A stretch of DNA of 63,110 nucleotides, filler included, from Salisapilia sapeloensis CBS 127946 (lineage: Eukaryota > Protista > Oomycota), in the NCBI GenBank assembly GCA_023334545.1. It is 13 parts of 13 records of this genome, joined end to end, with 100 filler letters (N's around TTAATTAATTAA, not from the genome) between each part and the next. Parts side by side here need not be neighbours in the genome. Positions count along the whole stretch, not along the records: positions 1 to 15,051 come from JAADVB010000376.1; 12 more parts are not named here. One strand, 5' to 3'. Both the position numbers and the translations under genes were made by a program. Of the stretch, positions 1 through 12,715 are shown one piece after another (within the stretch, counting starts at the first letter, position 1; every line of letters starts with the position of its first letter). The notes under the pieces are model-generated. The model saw nothing but the letters and a program-made list of their open reading frames with translations. It was not told the origin of the DNA and ran no database searches.

Positions 1-2
1 AG

Positions 3-173
3 TTCGACGGCAAGAAGCTGAAATCGACGTGGCGTCGCGAGAACAAGGACGACGAAGGCAAGCACGAGACGATCTGTTCGGGTGGCACGCCAGAGGAGTT
101 TGAGAAGCTGTGGTCTGACACAGCCTTTGGAAAAGCGAACACGAAGACGATCAAGGACAAGCAAGAAGATTGA
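3..173 (+). CDS. 3' end of an unidentified protein-coding gene (5' truncated by window edge)
   Basis: Open frame 3 from base 3 reads FDGKKLKSTWRRENKDDEGKHETICSGGTPEEFEKLWSDTAFGKANTKTIKDKQED to TGA at 171-173. Composition is coding-like; no family recognised. Confidence 0.5.
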   Translation, partial: FDGKKLKSTWRRENKDDEGKHETICSGGTPEEFEKLWSDTAFGKANTKTIKDKQED

Positions 174-287
174 GAAAAGATTTATCGAAGATAGTGACGT
201 AAGAAAAAATGAGATTGCATGTTTCCAGATACACTTTAGTTTTGTTCCTTCAAGAATGCGATGCATAAAGGGTAGACAGTCTGGAGT

Positions 288-3200
288 TTATCCATAGCTC
301 TCATCTGCGTTCCTAGAAGCCGACGGTGCGCTTGCTATTTTGGTAAGAGAGGATTCATTGACAACGCAGGATCCAAGGTTCGCATCCAGTTCATACCCAC
401 TCATGCATTCGCACAATCCAGGCGGAACGATGCGAGCATGTGGAGGGCATCCTCGCGAATGCCATTTCTGTTGTTCGATCTCTACCGTTTTCTCCATGAG
501 CGAAGACACCTCTTCTTGGCTTGTGTGCGAGTGCTTATTCTCAATGGGTTGAGAAGGCTTATTTACTCGAATACTACTAATCATCAGCGTATGACGGCGA
601 GCAGGAGCTATGTAGAAAGCTTATGTATGAGCTACATACGATCAAAATGGTTATATGAGCAAAGCATGTACCTTGTGATAGATTAGAGACGGCTGAACAT
701 GGCTCATTGGAGCTTCCTGATGTTCCACTGTATCCATCCAAGCATACGCCGCAGACATTCGCCATTTCATAGCACTACATATACACGCAAATGCATAAGC
801 TACTATCAAAAGTTCATTAGGACAATATAGACCCACCTCTTCTCTTCCAATGTCCTTGCAGCTTGGACGAACGTCACATTGGATGGTGTCGAGTACTTCA
901 GGTGGCACTCGATGCGTTTCAGCACTCACCGCTTGCGTTGTCCATGTACCGAAGACACCATGACTGTCTAGTGACTCGCATCTAAAGTAAACGTCGTATC
1001 TCGTGCCTGGTGCCAAGCCATCGATCACAAAGTCAGTAGATACTGTGGGCTTTCCATTGGTGATCGCATGGACTGTTTGTACTCCTTTAGCAACAGCATT
1101 TGCCAAATTTTCTTGATAGGCACCATGCTTGAAAGCAGCATAATGAACGTGTCCGACGTCACTAAGTTCGACCCGTGCTGTTAGTGAGTCAATGCGTGCA
1201 TCTGAAGCTTTCAGACGAGTAGCTATGGGTTCCGGAGCTTGACTGTGTGCTCTTACATCCTGATGCATTGCCACAGCACCGTATATACCCTCACTATCCA
1301 TGGTTTCCGTCGTCAGGTACACAGTGTAGTTGTGGTGAGCTTGAGCGACGGAGAAGTTAAGTTCTCGCCATCCACTATCCTCACTTCCAGTGGGACTTGG
1401 AGCAATCTCATCTGATGATACACGAATGCTATGATGGTACTCTAGACTTTCTTTAACCGCCAGTTTGTTGCTATACTCGGTCGTATCTCCTACAACTGTA
1501 CTCACCTCTTTCCACCGGTGTGTACTCACGAGAGAGATGTGTACCATGCCTGCAGTACTGACACGATACCCGACGGTGATGCTAGATGTTATACCAGGCG
1601 TTGGGTATGCAGTGTGTCCTAGTAGGAGAGGCGCGTGGGTAAACGTTGAGACGTTCTTAAAGGTGTAGATGTCTCCGTACACGCCATTGTTATCGTTCGA
1701 CTCGACTACGATGTAGACGTCATACTCTGTCGCTGGATCAAGGTATGGAATCCGTTCATATCGAAGTACGTTGGCAGTATCAAGCTTTAGACTTCGACGT
1801 AAACGCACGACGTCATGCGGATAGTCATGTGATCCACGCCCGTGGGAAGGTTCATCCGGAAGTCTTTTGTCGCTGATATTCAACGGGGAAGACACGACTA
1901 GCTCTGGGTTATCCGACTTACCACATAGAAAATGGACTTCACCAGGATGATCGAGTGCTATTTGAATCAGTAACTCTGTGGTCGAGCCGTTACGAGGATG
2001 GACTTGTAGATGTTCTAGTTGAGGTGGCTTTGCCCATGTTCGCACGTGGACACTTTGGAACGTATCACTCGTCACACCTCTACTCTCTGCTGTCTCTGTT
2101 GCTAGTAATACCTTGTAGGAAGTGTTTGGCTGGAGGTTCATCGACAACTCTTGCGTTACATCCGTCTTGGACTTTTGTCGTTCATCCATTTCCACACGGA
2201 CGACTTTATATGCTAGTGGTTTGGTACATGCCTCTGTAGCAGATGCAGTGTCTTCAAGCGAAGAAAGATGCGATAGGTATTTGGTAGTTAGTGCAGGCGA
2301 CGGACAATCTTCATGGAAGACAAGCAAGTGAGCGATTGCCATGGCGCACGACTCGCACGACACGTCTAGCTTGACTGTAATGGAGTTCGTCTTGCCGTAT
2401 GTTGGTGTCGCTTGGAACTGCGTTAGCTTTGGTGCTTTCTCAAACGTCCGCACTTCAATCGCATGCTCATGACGCTCCGAAGTATCTATCGTTTCTGTCT
2501 TGCATGCATTTACTTTTGTAAAGACACCATCGCTTCCAAGTGTTTCATGAGCTATAAAGAGGTAGTATGGATAGTTTGGCTCTAGATGATGTACGTCCTG
2601 TACGATCTCGACGTGTGTCTCATTCTCACTCTCTGCTGTTACTAGAGATCCTGTTGCAACAACGTGGTCTTTACCGACCGGAGCTTCTTTAAAAGCTTTC
2701 ATACCGTCATGATTTCGTACGAACTGGTTCTGACGAAACTCCTTGTGACCATGCTTCCCGTCGACTAGTAGGAAAAAAGGAATACGTCCTGTTAATGCAG
2801 CAATACGATCCACATCGGCATAAGAAGAAGGCTCTTCTGGATGTAATAACTTGGACACAGACAATCGGATGCGTAGACCACCAACATGCCCATCGATCGG
2901 ATCAATACGGACGTCATCTAGCAGCATAGACTGGTTCGTGTAGTCCGCATGCGTCTTCACTCGATGGCAATCATTTTCATGTCCTCTCCATCTCAGCACT
3001 CCTCCACTTGCCTTCGTCTCCGGTACGAAGCAAAGGTCGAAGAGAGCATTCGGCGGAAGTTTCTTGATCTCCTTTGTTATCAATTTATTCGAGAAAACAT
3101 CTTCTCTCGATACCGAGATAGTCCCATTCTCCCACACACCAACGCCAAGTGTCTCGATCTCTGCTTCTTTCAGCTTTTCTCCATTCAAATGAATAAGATC

Positions 3201-6200
3201 AAAGGAACTGGAAGGTGGAGGCCATGTCGTTGTCTCATTCGAATCTTCATTGACCTTGATGATCTCTTCCTTTTGAAGTATGGAATGTCGATCAGGAACA
3301 ATGCCACGGAAGAAGAGTGCGTAATGGATATCTCCAAAGGTATTCGTTTGGAAACGAGCAGTGATCGATGACGAGGATGCTGGTGTAGCTAGGACTGACA
3401 GTGTCTCTGGGATGAAAGCAGGTGCATCTATATGCGTTGTAACGAGTACAGGCGGCGGAAATGGTCCAAAGACTCCTCCACTACCAATCGTTTCAGTCGT
3501 GAGAGAGCCATGGTACATCCTTCCTTCCCGAAGTCCATTCACAGTCACGTTAGTGGCGTACACAAGTGGCTGCATCGGTTGTGTCTCATTTGTTCCGTTC
3601 TTGATTTCCATGACCATGTCGGACTTGACAACCTGGAAGGTCCCACGAACCTCATGTGGTTCTTCATGAGACCTGACGCCATGCTTGAGGACAGACGGAT
3701 CGGCATAGTCGTAATCTACGAGGAAATAATGGATGAGACCTGGACTTGTCGCATTGACTTTGATGATGATGCTGTCAATTGTTCCAGGTAGAGGATCCAT
3801 CGTCGTCAGGACGAGAGAAGGCGCATTTGCATGTGTGCTTGCATTAGCTCTCATGAGATCTCCATACACCTGACTGTGACGGTCGTCTGAAAGCAGACTT
3901 TCGGTCATTAAAGTTACCTCGTAGCTCGTATTTGACTGCAAGTCTCCTAGCGTTACGACTGTGTCTCGATCTTGAGCATATACAAGCCCTGTAGAGACAA
4001 CGTCCTCATGAGTACTCTTGCCTATGGTTAGCTCAGCTACTTCTGCAGCTTGTAGAAAGGTGGTGAGGGTGTCATTAGTTTGAATAGATTCTCGCACGAC
4101 ATAATGGATGTAGCAAGGAGTATCATCAAGTCTGATGGTGGCTTGCAGACTGTCGTTGGATGCAGGAAGAGGAGCAAGTGATACACTTGTCATGTGTGGA
4201 GCTATACGATGTGTTGTTACTATTGAGAGCTCACTTCGATCACTCGTGACTTGGTTTCGAAGTTCACTTTCAGTGTACACATAGAGCTGATACGTCGTAT
4301 TGTCGGTCAGATTGGACACTTGGAACTGCATCGCCTTGTCTGTTTGTTCCTGACCAACCTCTATGTTCACAAGCTCTCGTACTTCATCACACACTTCCTG
4401 CCTCTTATATCCGTTCACTTTTTCAAAGCAGTAGTGGACAATGTCTGTTTTCTTCTCCTTTCTAATCACGACATGAATGCTGTCTGTAGCGCCAGGTGTA
4501 GGCACAACGCTTTCGAGTACAATGTCCGAAGCCTTGGCATTCGTACGTTGCTCCAGCATCTCTACATATCTCTCTCCAAAGACACCATTACTATGCAGTG
4601 TCTCTGCGAACAGCTCAAGAACAAAGGCAGAGTCTTCTTCTAGGTTTCCAATCCAAATACGCATGGCAGCACTACCTCCGTAGCTTGTATTGGTCTGATG
4701 ATACGGATTCAGCAGGTTCCAATCAACATGGCCGACCTTGATATCAGCAGTGTTCACCTGCGGCTGGGTTAGAAGCCACTCCTGCAGCTTCTGAGGCGTG
4801 TCAACTTCTTTCGTTGGGCGGCGCAAGAGAGGGGAGTAGCTGGCTGGGACGATAACGTAATGAAGGTTACCTGGACGATATAGCTGAGCGTCGACTGTCA
4901 GACTCGATACGCTGCCGTTCGTGGCAGTAATCGATGCGCCGAGGATAGCGGGGGCATTGTCATGCGTCATTGCAGACACCGTGGCACTCTGTAACCCCTG
5001 CAGCCGATCTCCTGTTGCAAGTGCAGTCACATGAACTTGATAGCGCTGACCAGCGCCTAGACCACTTATGATGAACGAGTGTCGACGCATATTCGCAGCA
5101 GCCACCAGCTCCTCGACACTGGAAAAGTTTCCCCAAGGCACTTCACCTCGAGCAATACTAGGCACTTCATTGTCTACTGTCTCCTTCGTAGATGGAATCG
5201 TAGTGCCAGTATGATTCTGCGCAGCTGCAATGTACTCGAGACGGTATCGATACAGCGCTAGCTGGTCGTTTGTGACTCTGGCGATTTCAAGTGGATCGAA
5301 TTGGAGATGAAAGAGCACTTCCAATGCATCTTTTCTTCCAGGTACAGCTAGAGCAGAAGCATTGGTGACGTTTGGAGGCTGCGCATGCGTCAAGAAGACG
5401 CTCTGATGGTGATGCATCTCGCTAAAGATGTTGGAATTACTCGGAGACTCTGTGAGAATGAGTGCGTCATACATCGTACTCGGCAGCAGGCCTTCTATTG
5501 TTAAGCTGATGATGTCATTCGGCCAAGTGATCTGAGAGTGAGAGTGGAAGACAACATGAGGCACTGTCGCCCGACCGTCTTTTTCTACCGTTGGTGGTAG
5601 CTTCCGAAGTAAATGATCTTTTTCAAAGGCGGGAACGATGTTGGATGTAGAAGGCACCAAAGCAATGTGCAATCGACCTGGAGAGGACAGTGAGATGTTT
5701 AGGAGAGCCATCGTCGCACTGTCACTAGCTGCTGAAGCCGATTCGATCGCTACGATTGGTGGGTCGGCGCTCGTTTGGACATCTCGAACAGTTTGGACGG
5801 TACCGAAGACACCATTGCTGTGAGGCACCTCGACGACAAAGAACACATCGTAGGTTGTATTTGATGCAAGATCATCGATCCATGTCTCGATCTTTTGAGC
5901 GTGTGGAATGGCCTTGGAACCAGCAGCGATGACACAGTCAATGTCTATCGAAGACTCTACGACCATGTCCTTTCGGACATCATTAATTGCAATCTTCTTC
6001 AGGTCTCTAGCTGCAGGTACTTGACGTCCAGTTGGGAGCACAACGTAGTGTAAGTCAGCAGCTCCAGTGACGACCGTCGACAGCACGAGGGCATGTGCTG
6101 ATCCATCCGCTGGCGACACAAAGTTCATCGACCTCTTCACTTCATGTCCATGTGTTTCTCCACTAGAAATACTAGCCAAGCCACACAAAAGCAATGCAAG

Positions 6201-6230
6201 TAGCCCAACGACTCGAGTACGTCTGATCAT
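288..6230 (-). CDS. Large secreted protein (~1,940 aa) with ~13 fibronectin-III-like repeats and two C-terminal Cys-rich/EGF-like modules
   Basis: Signal peptide MIRRTRVVGLLALLLCGLASISSG (ATG 6230). Repeated L-x-P/S-x-T-x-Y and E-x(3-5)-G-V/I-F/Y-G motifs. GT-AG introns at 775-836 and 608-671 join the long ORF in frame to CYEMANVCGVCLDGYSG..NEPC and CPPHARIVPPGLCECMSGYELDANLGSC; stop at 288-290. Confidence 0.8.
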
Positions 6231-6419
6231 GTCGAATCCTTCTACCAAATGCACACCTGTTCAAGATCGGCACCACATCATCCCAACTCACTTGCGTTGA
6301 GTATGTCTAATCAAGCATATCTTGCAGAATACAAGAACAGTTGATCCTCTCGAATTGTTCTAATATTTCGATCGACATAAATTTCGAGCATTCGAGTGGC
6401 GAGGACGTCGTAGAGCAGG

Positions 6420-7581
6420 ATGTCGACCCCGCAAGAGAGAATTAAATTGCTAGAAGATGAGTACAATAAGACGCAGAAGAATAAGGCAACGAACAAGCAC
6501 TTGATGCTTATCAAGGCGAAAATCGCTAAGATTAAGCGAGAAATGACCGACATGGCGACCAAAGGTAGTGGCGGTGGAGAGGGCGCAGGTTTTGATGTTA
6601 GCAAGGTCGGTGATACGCGAGTTGGGCTCGTCGGATTCCCTTCTGTGGGTAAATCAACGTTGCTCACGAAACTCACGGGCACTGCGTCGGAAGCTGCGGC
6701 CTATGAGTTCACAACGCTCACGGCCATTCCTGGTACCCTCAATTACCGCGGCGCTCGTATCCAGATTCTGGATCTCCCTGGTATTATCGAAGGTGCCAAG
6801 GACGGCAAGGGTCGAGGTCGTCAGGTCATCGGTACAGCTCGTACGTGCAACGTCATCCTCATCGTCCTCGACGCGATGAAACCGACGACACATAAGAAGC
6901 TTATTGAGCATGAGCTCGAAGGCTTTGGCATTCGGTGCGTTGGATAGTAATAAAAGTAGGACGAATTGAGCTAATGAGAAGAGTAGATTGAATAAACAGC
7001 CTCCGAATATGGTACTCAAGCGCAAGGAGAAGGGCGGCGTGAATTATCAGTCGACAGTGCCGCAGCCGGAGTTGGATGCCGAGTCGGTCAAGTCCATCTT
7101 GCACGAATATAAGATCCACAATGCTGATGTGACGTTGCGTGAGGAAGTGACGGCGGATGAGTTGATCGATGCGATCGAAGGCAACCGTATCTACGTCCCG
7201 TGTCTGTACGTGATCAATAAGATCGATCAGCTGACCATTGAAGAGCTGACGATCATCGATCAAATGAACCACAACGTTGTCATTTCGGCTGCCCACGGAT
7301 GGAATCTCGATGAGCTGCTCGAGACGATCTGGGAGTACTTAAACATGATCCGAATCTACACGAAGCCCAAGGGTCAAGCACCGGACTACAATGCTCCAGT
7401 CATTCTCCACTCGGCGACTCCGACCGTGGAAGACTTTTGCCAGCGTATCCATAAGGCTCTCTTGCGTCAATTCAAGTATGCCTGGGTCTGGGGTACGTCC
7501 GTGAAGCATCAGCCGCAAAAGGTCGGGAAGGATCACTACTTGCATGACGAAGATGTCGTGCAGATCGTCAAGAGGATTTAG
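6420..7581 (+). CDS. DRG1: Developmentally regulated GTP-binding protein 1 (OBG family, C-terminal TGS domain)
   Basis: GFPSVGKS P-loop, [17 protein letters not shown]-terminal [18 protein letters not shown]. One 52-bp GT-AG intron (6935-6986) restores EGFGIR-LNKQPP. Confidence 0.95.
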
Positions 7582-7795
7582 AAACGACCGGGAGATCATC
7601 CTGTGATCGCGTTCAACTCGACGTAATATGAATTGAGGCGAAGAATCGAACGGATTGGTGCATCCTTTTGCTAGTCTCTTGTCTATTTTCGTTCCTCTAG
7701 TAGTAGCTCGTTGGCTAGAATAGAAAGAGCATCTCATGTTGCACGAAACGGTGGCTTAATCGCAAGTGAGAAAGGAGCTCTGGTGATACGAAAGG

Positions 7796-9140
7796 ATGCG
7801 AGATCGTTTAGCTGAGCTACGTGGACAAGATGCTGATGATGTTGCTGTCGAGATTGATGTTAGTTCCTTTCGGTTTCTACTGGTAAATAGATGTGGACTG
7901 AATCTTGATGCTGGCATGTAGAATGAGTCAGTGGCATCGAATTATTCGCCTCTCACGTGCTGTTGCTCGCAGCCTTTGCATGTACTTGTTAGACCATTGA
8001 TGTCACTGACGTTTACGTCGCTTGTAGAGATGATGATCGACCCAAATTCATGCAGCAGTTCTTCCAGGATGTCGAGGATATGCAGAATGACTTAACGATT
8101 ATCATGTACGATACGCTGCTTGGATACTTGCTCCATGGTACGTGTTAACGCCTAATCGGATAGTCATGCGAGTCAGCAGATTGGGGAGTTAAATCAGAGA
8201 GCGCTTATGGTAACATCTTCGTTGGAAGAGCATGGTAACCTTGTATCTACGTCCTTTTGATCGATGACGAGTACTGATTGCAACTAGCTGTCAGTAACGA
8301 GCTCGCAGAGATTGTCGAGAACGCGAATACTGCTGCTACTCGAGCCAAGGTACAGAGGCATCTATTGACACTTAATAGCTGTTATCCTCCTATCGAATGT
8401 CTTACTGATGGGGTTTGTAGGGGAGACTGGAGTACATTAAGAAAGAGTCGAGTGAGAAGAAGAATGATAAGTCGACTGTGTTATCCGAAGTCCGGTAATT
8501 GATCTAGGTACCCATAAGCTCATTTCGCATGCCTACCCTTTATGTCTTGGCAGGATTCGAGACAATATGTGTGCTACGCTCACGAAGAAGTTTGTCGAGT
8601 GTATGAAGTCTTATCAAAAGGCACAGGTACAAGCTTTCTACGTCCATCGTCGATCCTTCTCTCGTAATGTACTGGACGTAGCAAAAATACAAAGCAGACA
8701 TGAAAAATAAAGTGAAGCGACAAGTCCAGATCGTCAAGCCTGACGCATCAGAAGCAGAGATAGACGCCGTGCTTCGATCAGGTGACGTCGGGAGCGTATA
8801 CAAAGCCGCTATCCTACAAGGCACGAACGACTGCATCAAAGAAGTGTACATGAACTGTCAGGACAAGTATCGCGATGTCCTTCGGCTAGAGCAAAGTGTC
8901 GCGGAGTTACATCAAATGTTTCTCGACTTAGCGTTACTAGTCGAGCAACAGGGCGAGTTACTCGACCAGATCGAGACTCAAGTAAAGACTGCTGTGAATT
9001 ACGTGGACCAAGGGAATGAGTTGATCGAGAAAGCGATTGTTAGTCAAAAGTCTGCACGAAACAAAAAGTGTTGTCTCCTCTTCATCGGTCTAGCAATCCT
9101 CTTAGCCATGGTCGTGGCCGCGATCATACTTTTAAAGTAA
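7796..9140 (+). CDS. Syntaxin-1/SYP1-type Qa-SNARE (multi-exon)
   Basis: N-terminal MRDRLAELRG (ATG 7796). SNARE motif LEQSVAELHQMFLDLALLVEQQGELLDQIE. C-terminal TM anchor CCLLFIGLAILLAMVVAAIILLK. Several short introns in the 5' half were not precisely resolved. Confidence 0.9.
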
Positions 9141-9187
9141 ACAAAATACAAATTTTTAAAAGAAGAAAGTGTGTATGACCAGACACG

Positions 9188-10786
9188 TTAGTTGCCAGGA
9201 CGGAGCTTTTCCGGGACCTTGAAGACATCACCTAGAGCGTTCTTGAAACAGTCGATGTTGTAGTCGATGATGCCTTGTTTCTGGAAGTTTTCTGTCCGAA
9301 GGAGACACACGAGTGCCAAGTAGTTGTTCACTTCACGAAGGTACAAGACCATGCCGTTGTTCAGTTTAATCACAGACGACGATTGCGAGTCGTAGGCTAG
9401 TCCATCACCTTCTCCATCATCATTCATGCTATGCGGGCAGGTGAGCGAGGTGTAGGAAGAAAGTAGTGGGGAGACGTACCCGTAGATGCAGGAAACATCG
9501 ATGACGACGTCGATCATGTCGCTGCATAGTTCATAGTACTGCATGTCGACGGGACTGCTGTCAGTGGCGATATAAACCTTGCTGACGACATCAAAGAGGA
9601 ATGCTTTTTCCATATTACAGTTCTATCATCCGAGTGAATATAAACGTATCATCTAAAAGACGGAAGGAATGTACGGCTGTAAGGATGTTCAAAAGCGTTT
9701 CGAGCGTCGGAAGCTGTGGAATTAGCTTCTGAACGACTTTACTGAACGCCTCAAAGATGCTATGGTCGTAGATGCTATAGGAACGTGAGTAGGATGTACT
9801 TGTGTGGATGGAACAAGGGCTGACCTCGTGAGATAGAAGCTCATGTGGATATCCAACTCGCCATCGTTGAGCTCGTCTGTGATTTGCTGCTGGATCTCTC
9901 GCTGGCAGTCTGTCGTTCATCATTCAAGAGGTTAAAGATGTTGTATAGGGTAGAATAAGGAGGTAGAGACCGATTTTGTGATCGTCTGAGAGGAAGAGAT
10001 CGCCATCGACTTTGTGGATGAAAACTTCGAAGAAGATATCAGGGTTGTATCGATGAGCACGGGTGACGGTGTCGTGGAGACGCGCCAAGGCCTCAGCGTA
10101 TGGCTCGTCTTGCGCGTCGATGACGAAGACGACGGATCCGCAATTGGCAAAGATCATTTCTTCGTTCACAAGCTGTCCACCGTATACGAGATCCTCTATG
10201 TGTTTTGTTAATTGTCTAGAGATATAGATAGTCTTGTGGTAATGTACCTTTAAAGTCATAGTCGCCTGGGAAGTCCCAGATCTGAAACTGGACGAACGAA
10301 TTGTTCGCAATGTACTTGATGTCGAGGCTGTTCGAGTCTTCTAGGAAGAGTGTTTCGTGTGGAGACATTTTGTGGAAGACGACACGTTGGATGCTGGATT
10401 TGCCACTCCTATATGATGCAAGTTTGCAGGGTAGACGGTTAGAAGGGCTGTAGGATGCAAGGAAGAGGGATATAGAGTGGAAGGCATGTACCGTCGTAGA
10501 CCCATGAGAAGGATGCGAGGTTTGTTTTCGCCTGTCAATGTCGTGGAGTCGTCGCCATAGCTGTGGAGAGAGTGGGAATAGAGATAAATGAGATATAAAG
10601 TCCGCACGACTGAATCGGATGTGTCGTGTACCTCTGGGAGAGCGGGTATCCGTCCGAGTCTGTTTATATTTTTATGCAATATGAATGTATAGACAGTTAG
10701 CTTTCTTCTTCAAGGTTTACACTAGTCTAGAAGTAGTAAACGATGCATAGGGACGTACGCGAGCCGTCACTCCAGTTCAGGTCCAT
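9188..10786 (-). CDS. RRAGC: Rag GTPase C/D (Gtr2 homologue), multi-exon
   Basis: [18 protein letters not shown]1 box, [18 protein letters not shown]-terminal roadblock VIDVSCIYG...[13 protein letters not shown]. Inferred ATG at 10786 (MDLNWSDGS) via two short 5' introns. Confidence 0.92.
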
Positions 10787-11066
10787 TCTAATCCGATTTC
10801 TGTGTCGATGCTGCTTCCGCTTTGATAAGTAAATATAGTGATTGATTTTAAACTGCGATATAAATAATTATACGCCATCTCATTTTATTAAAATGGGACT
10901 GCGGTTGAATATACCTAATTATCTGCTCTTCTAGTGGATTGATCATGATCCTCTAGGAACAAGGGTGTATGTGCATGTGCATCGTTCTATATGTGATTGC
11001 AAAGAAAGTGGAGATGATGTATTCAGATAAGAATGACAAGTGCATTGTAAATTGTGACGGCAGTGC

Positions 11067-11409
11067 CTAGCTGGTGGGAGGCTGGTAGGTATTCTTTTGG
11101 TTCCATTCGTCCAACTTTTGCTCGATGAAACTAATCACGCTCTTGTCTGGGACAATAAATAGGTGCGTATCATCCAAATCTTCGATGACAAAGCGATGCT
11201 ACAGATAGCATTCATCAGCTATGTGCATCCAGATTATTGACAAGATATAATTAGCATACCTGCACAGCAGTCTCATTCAAGTGCAGCAAGTATTGCTTCG
11301 TTGCCTGGTCACTACACGCAGCACGCATGCATTCAATAAGCTATCTTTTATAAGAGAGAGATAAGAAGACGCACCACTTGACGAGTACTCCTTTATTGGC
11401 AGTCGGCAT
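11067..11409 (-). CDS. GTF2H5: TFIIH subunit p8/TTDA (Tfb5), 72 aa, missed by the ORF track
   Basis: Exons 11409-11375, 11311-11260 and 11198-11067, with GT-AG introns of 63 and 61 bp, give MPTANKGVLVKCDQATKQYLLHLNETAVQHRFVIEDLDDTHLFIVPDKSVISFIEQKLDEWNQKNTYQPPTS. This matches the Tfb5 signatures KGVL-C-D and F-I-DLDDTHLF. Confidence 0.9.
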
Positions 11410-11510
11410 CGATTCCGCCTTTGATCACGCTATTGCGTCCTCATACTTAAATCCCATCAACTCGATCAAGTACGATTCGGACCACCGAGACGACATGCAT
11501 TTGGCGGTAG

Positions 11511-12715
11511 ATGCAGGCATTCCGATCCCGTCGCTTCTTGTTGTCATTTGCAGCACCTTCCAAAGCTTTTATGGAGCTTCGTAGTAGAACGAAAGATGCC
11601 AAGGCAGTGCGTATTAAGCAGGAAGTGATACCTACCAGCCAGAGGTCCAATAGGACGAAAAAGAGACAAGAACGAGCAATATCTACGACTATGAAGCAAG
11701 AGGATGAGTCTAGTGCAGTAGAGAAGAAAGCAAAGATGGTCAAGAAAGAAGATGTCAAAGTGAAGGAACCTCCTTATTGGAAGGAAATGATGGAAGGCAT
11801 TCAAGAGATGCGAGCGAATATCAAAGCTGAGGTGGATGACGACGGATGTCAAGTACGTCCTTATCCCATTGCATCATGATACGATGCTAAAATAGCGACT
11901 ACTAGGCATTTGCAGAGGAATCCATTCCACCACACGAGTCTCGCTTCCGACTATTAGTTGGCGCCATGCTAAGCAGTCAGACGAAAGACCCGGTTACTGC
12001 CGCTGCTGTCCGACGGATGATTGACAGCGAGCATGGTAGACTTCATCCTTCATTAATTTCTATATACACCCTTCTCATATACACTTGACAAGGTCTGACG
12101 GTCGAAAGTGTGGCAAACGCGAGTGAAAAGGAACTTGCAGAGCTCATCTATCCTGTCGGTTTCTACAAGCGTAAGGCACAGTATCTGAAAGCGGCTGCTT
12201 TAACTCTCCAAAAGCGAGCGCAGGAGTCTGGAGATGAGGTTGTGGATATCCCAAACACGACTGAAGGTCTTATTAGTCTCAAAGGCGTTGGTCCGAAGAT
12301 GGCGTACCTCGTGCTGCATCTTGCCTGGGGAGAGTATGCTCCTGACTCTTTGCTTTGAGTGATAAAAAATTAACAATTCGGTGGTAGGAATGCTGGAATC
12401 TGTGTCGATACACACGTGCATCGTATTTCGAACCGACTCGGATGGGTCAAGTCATGGAATAAGAAGAATCCGAAGAGCCAGGATCCAGAGAAGACACGTG
12501 CTGTACGTGTCACTTTACTGTGAAAATTAAATGCTTGAAACTGAGATGTATTGATTTGGTAGGAGTTGGAAGAGTGGCTACCGAGAGAGCACTGGGGACC
12601 TATTAACCACTTGCTTGTTGGCTTTGGACAGACGATTTGTCTTCCTCGAGGTCCGAAATGTGATGAATGCAAGATTAATCACTTGTGTCCATCAGCTCAT
12701 TCTTCAGTGATATAA
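11511..12715 (+). CDS. NTH1: Endonuclease III-like DNA glycosylase/AP lyase (multi-exon)
   Basis: MLSSQTKD, HhH motif LKGVGPKMA (catalytic K), VDTHVHRI (catalytic D), 4Fe-4S motif [17 protein letters not shown]. 3' end approximate; second in-frame ATG at 11571. Confidence 0.93.
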
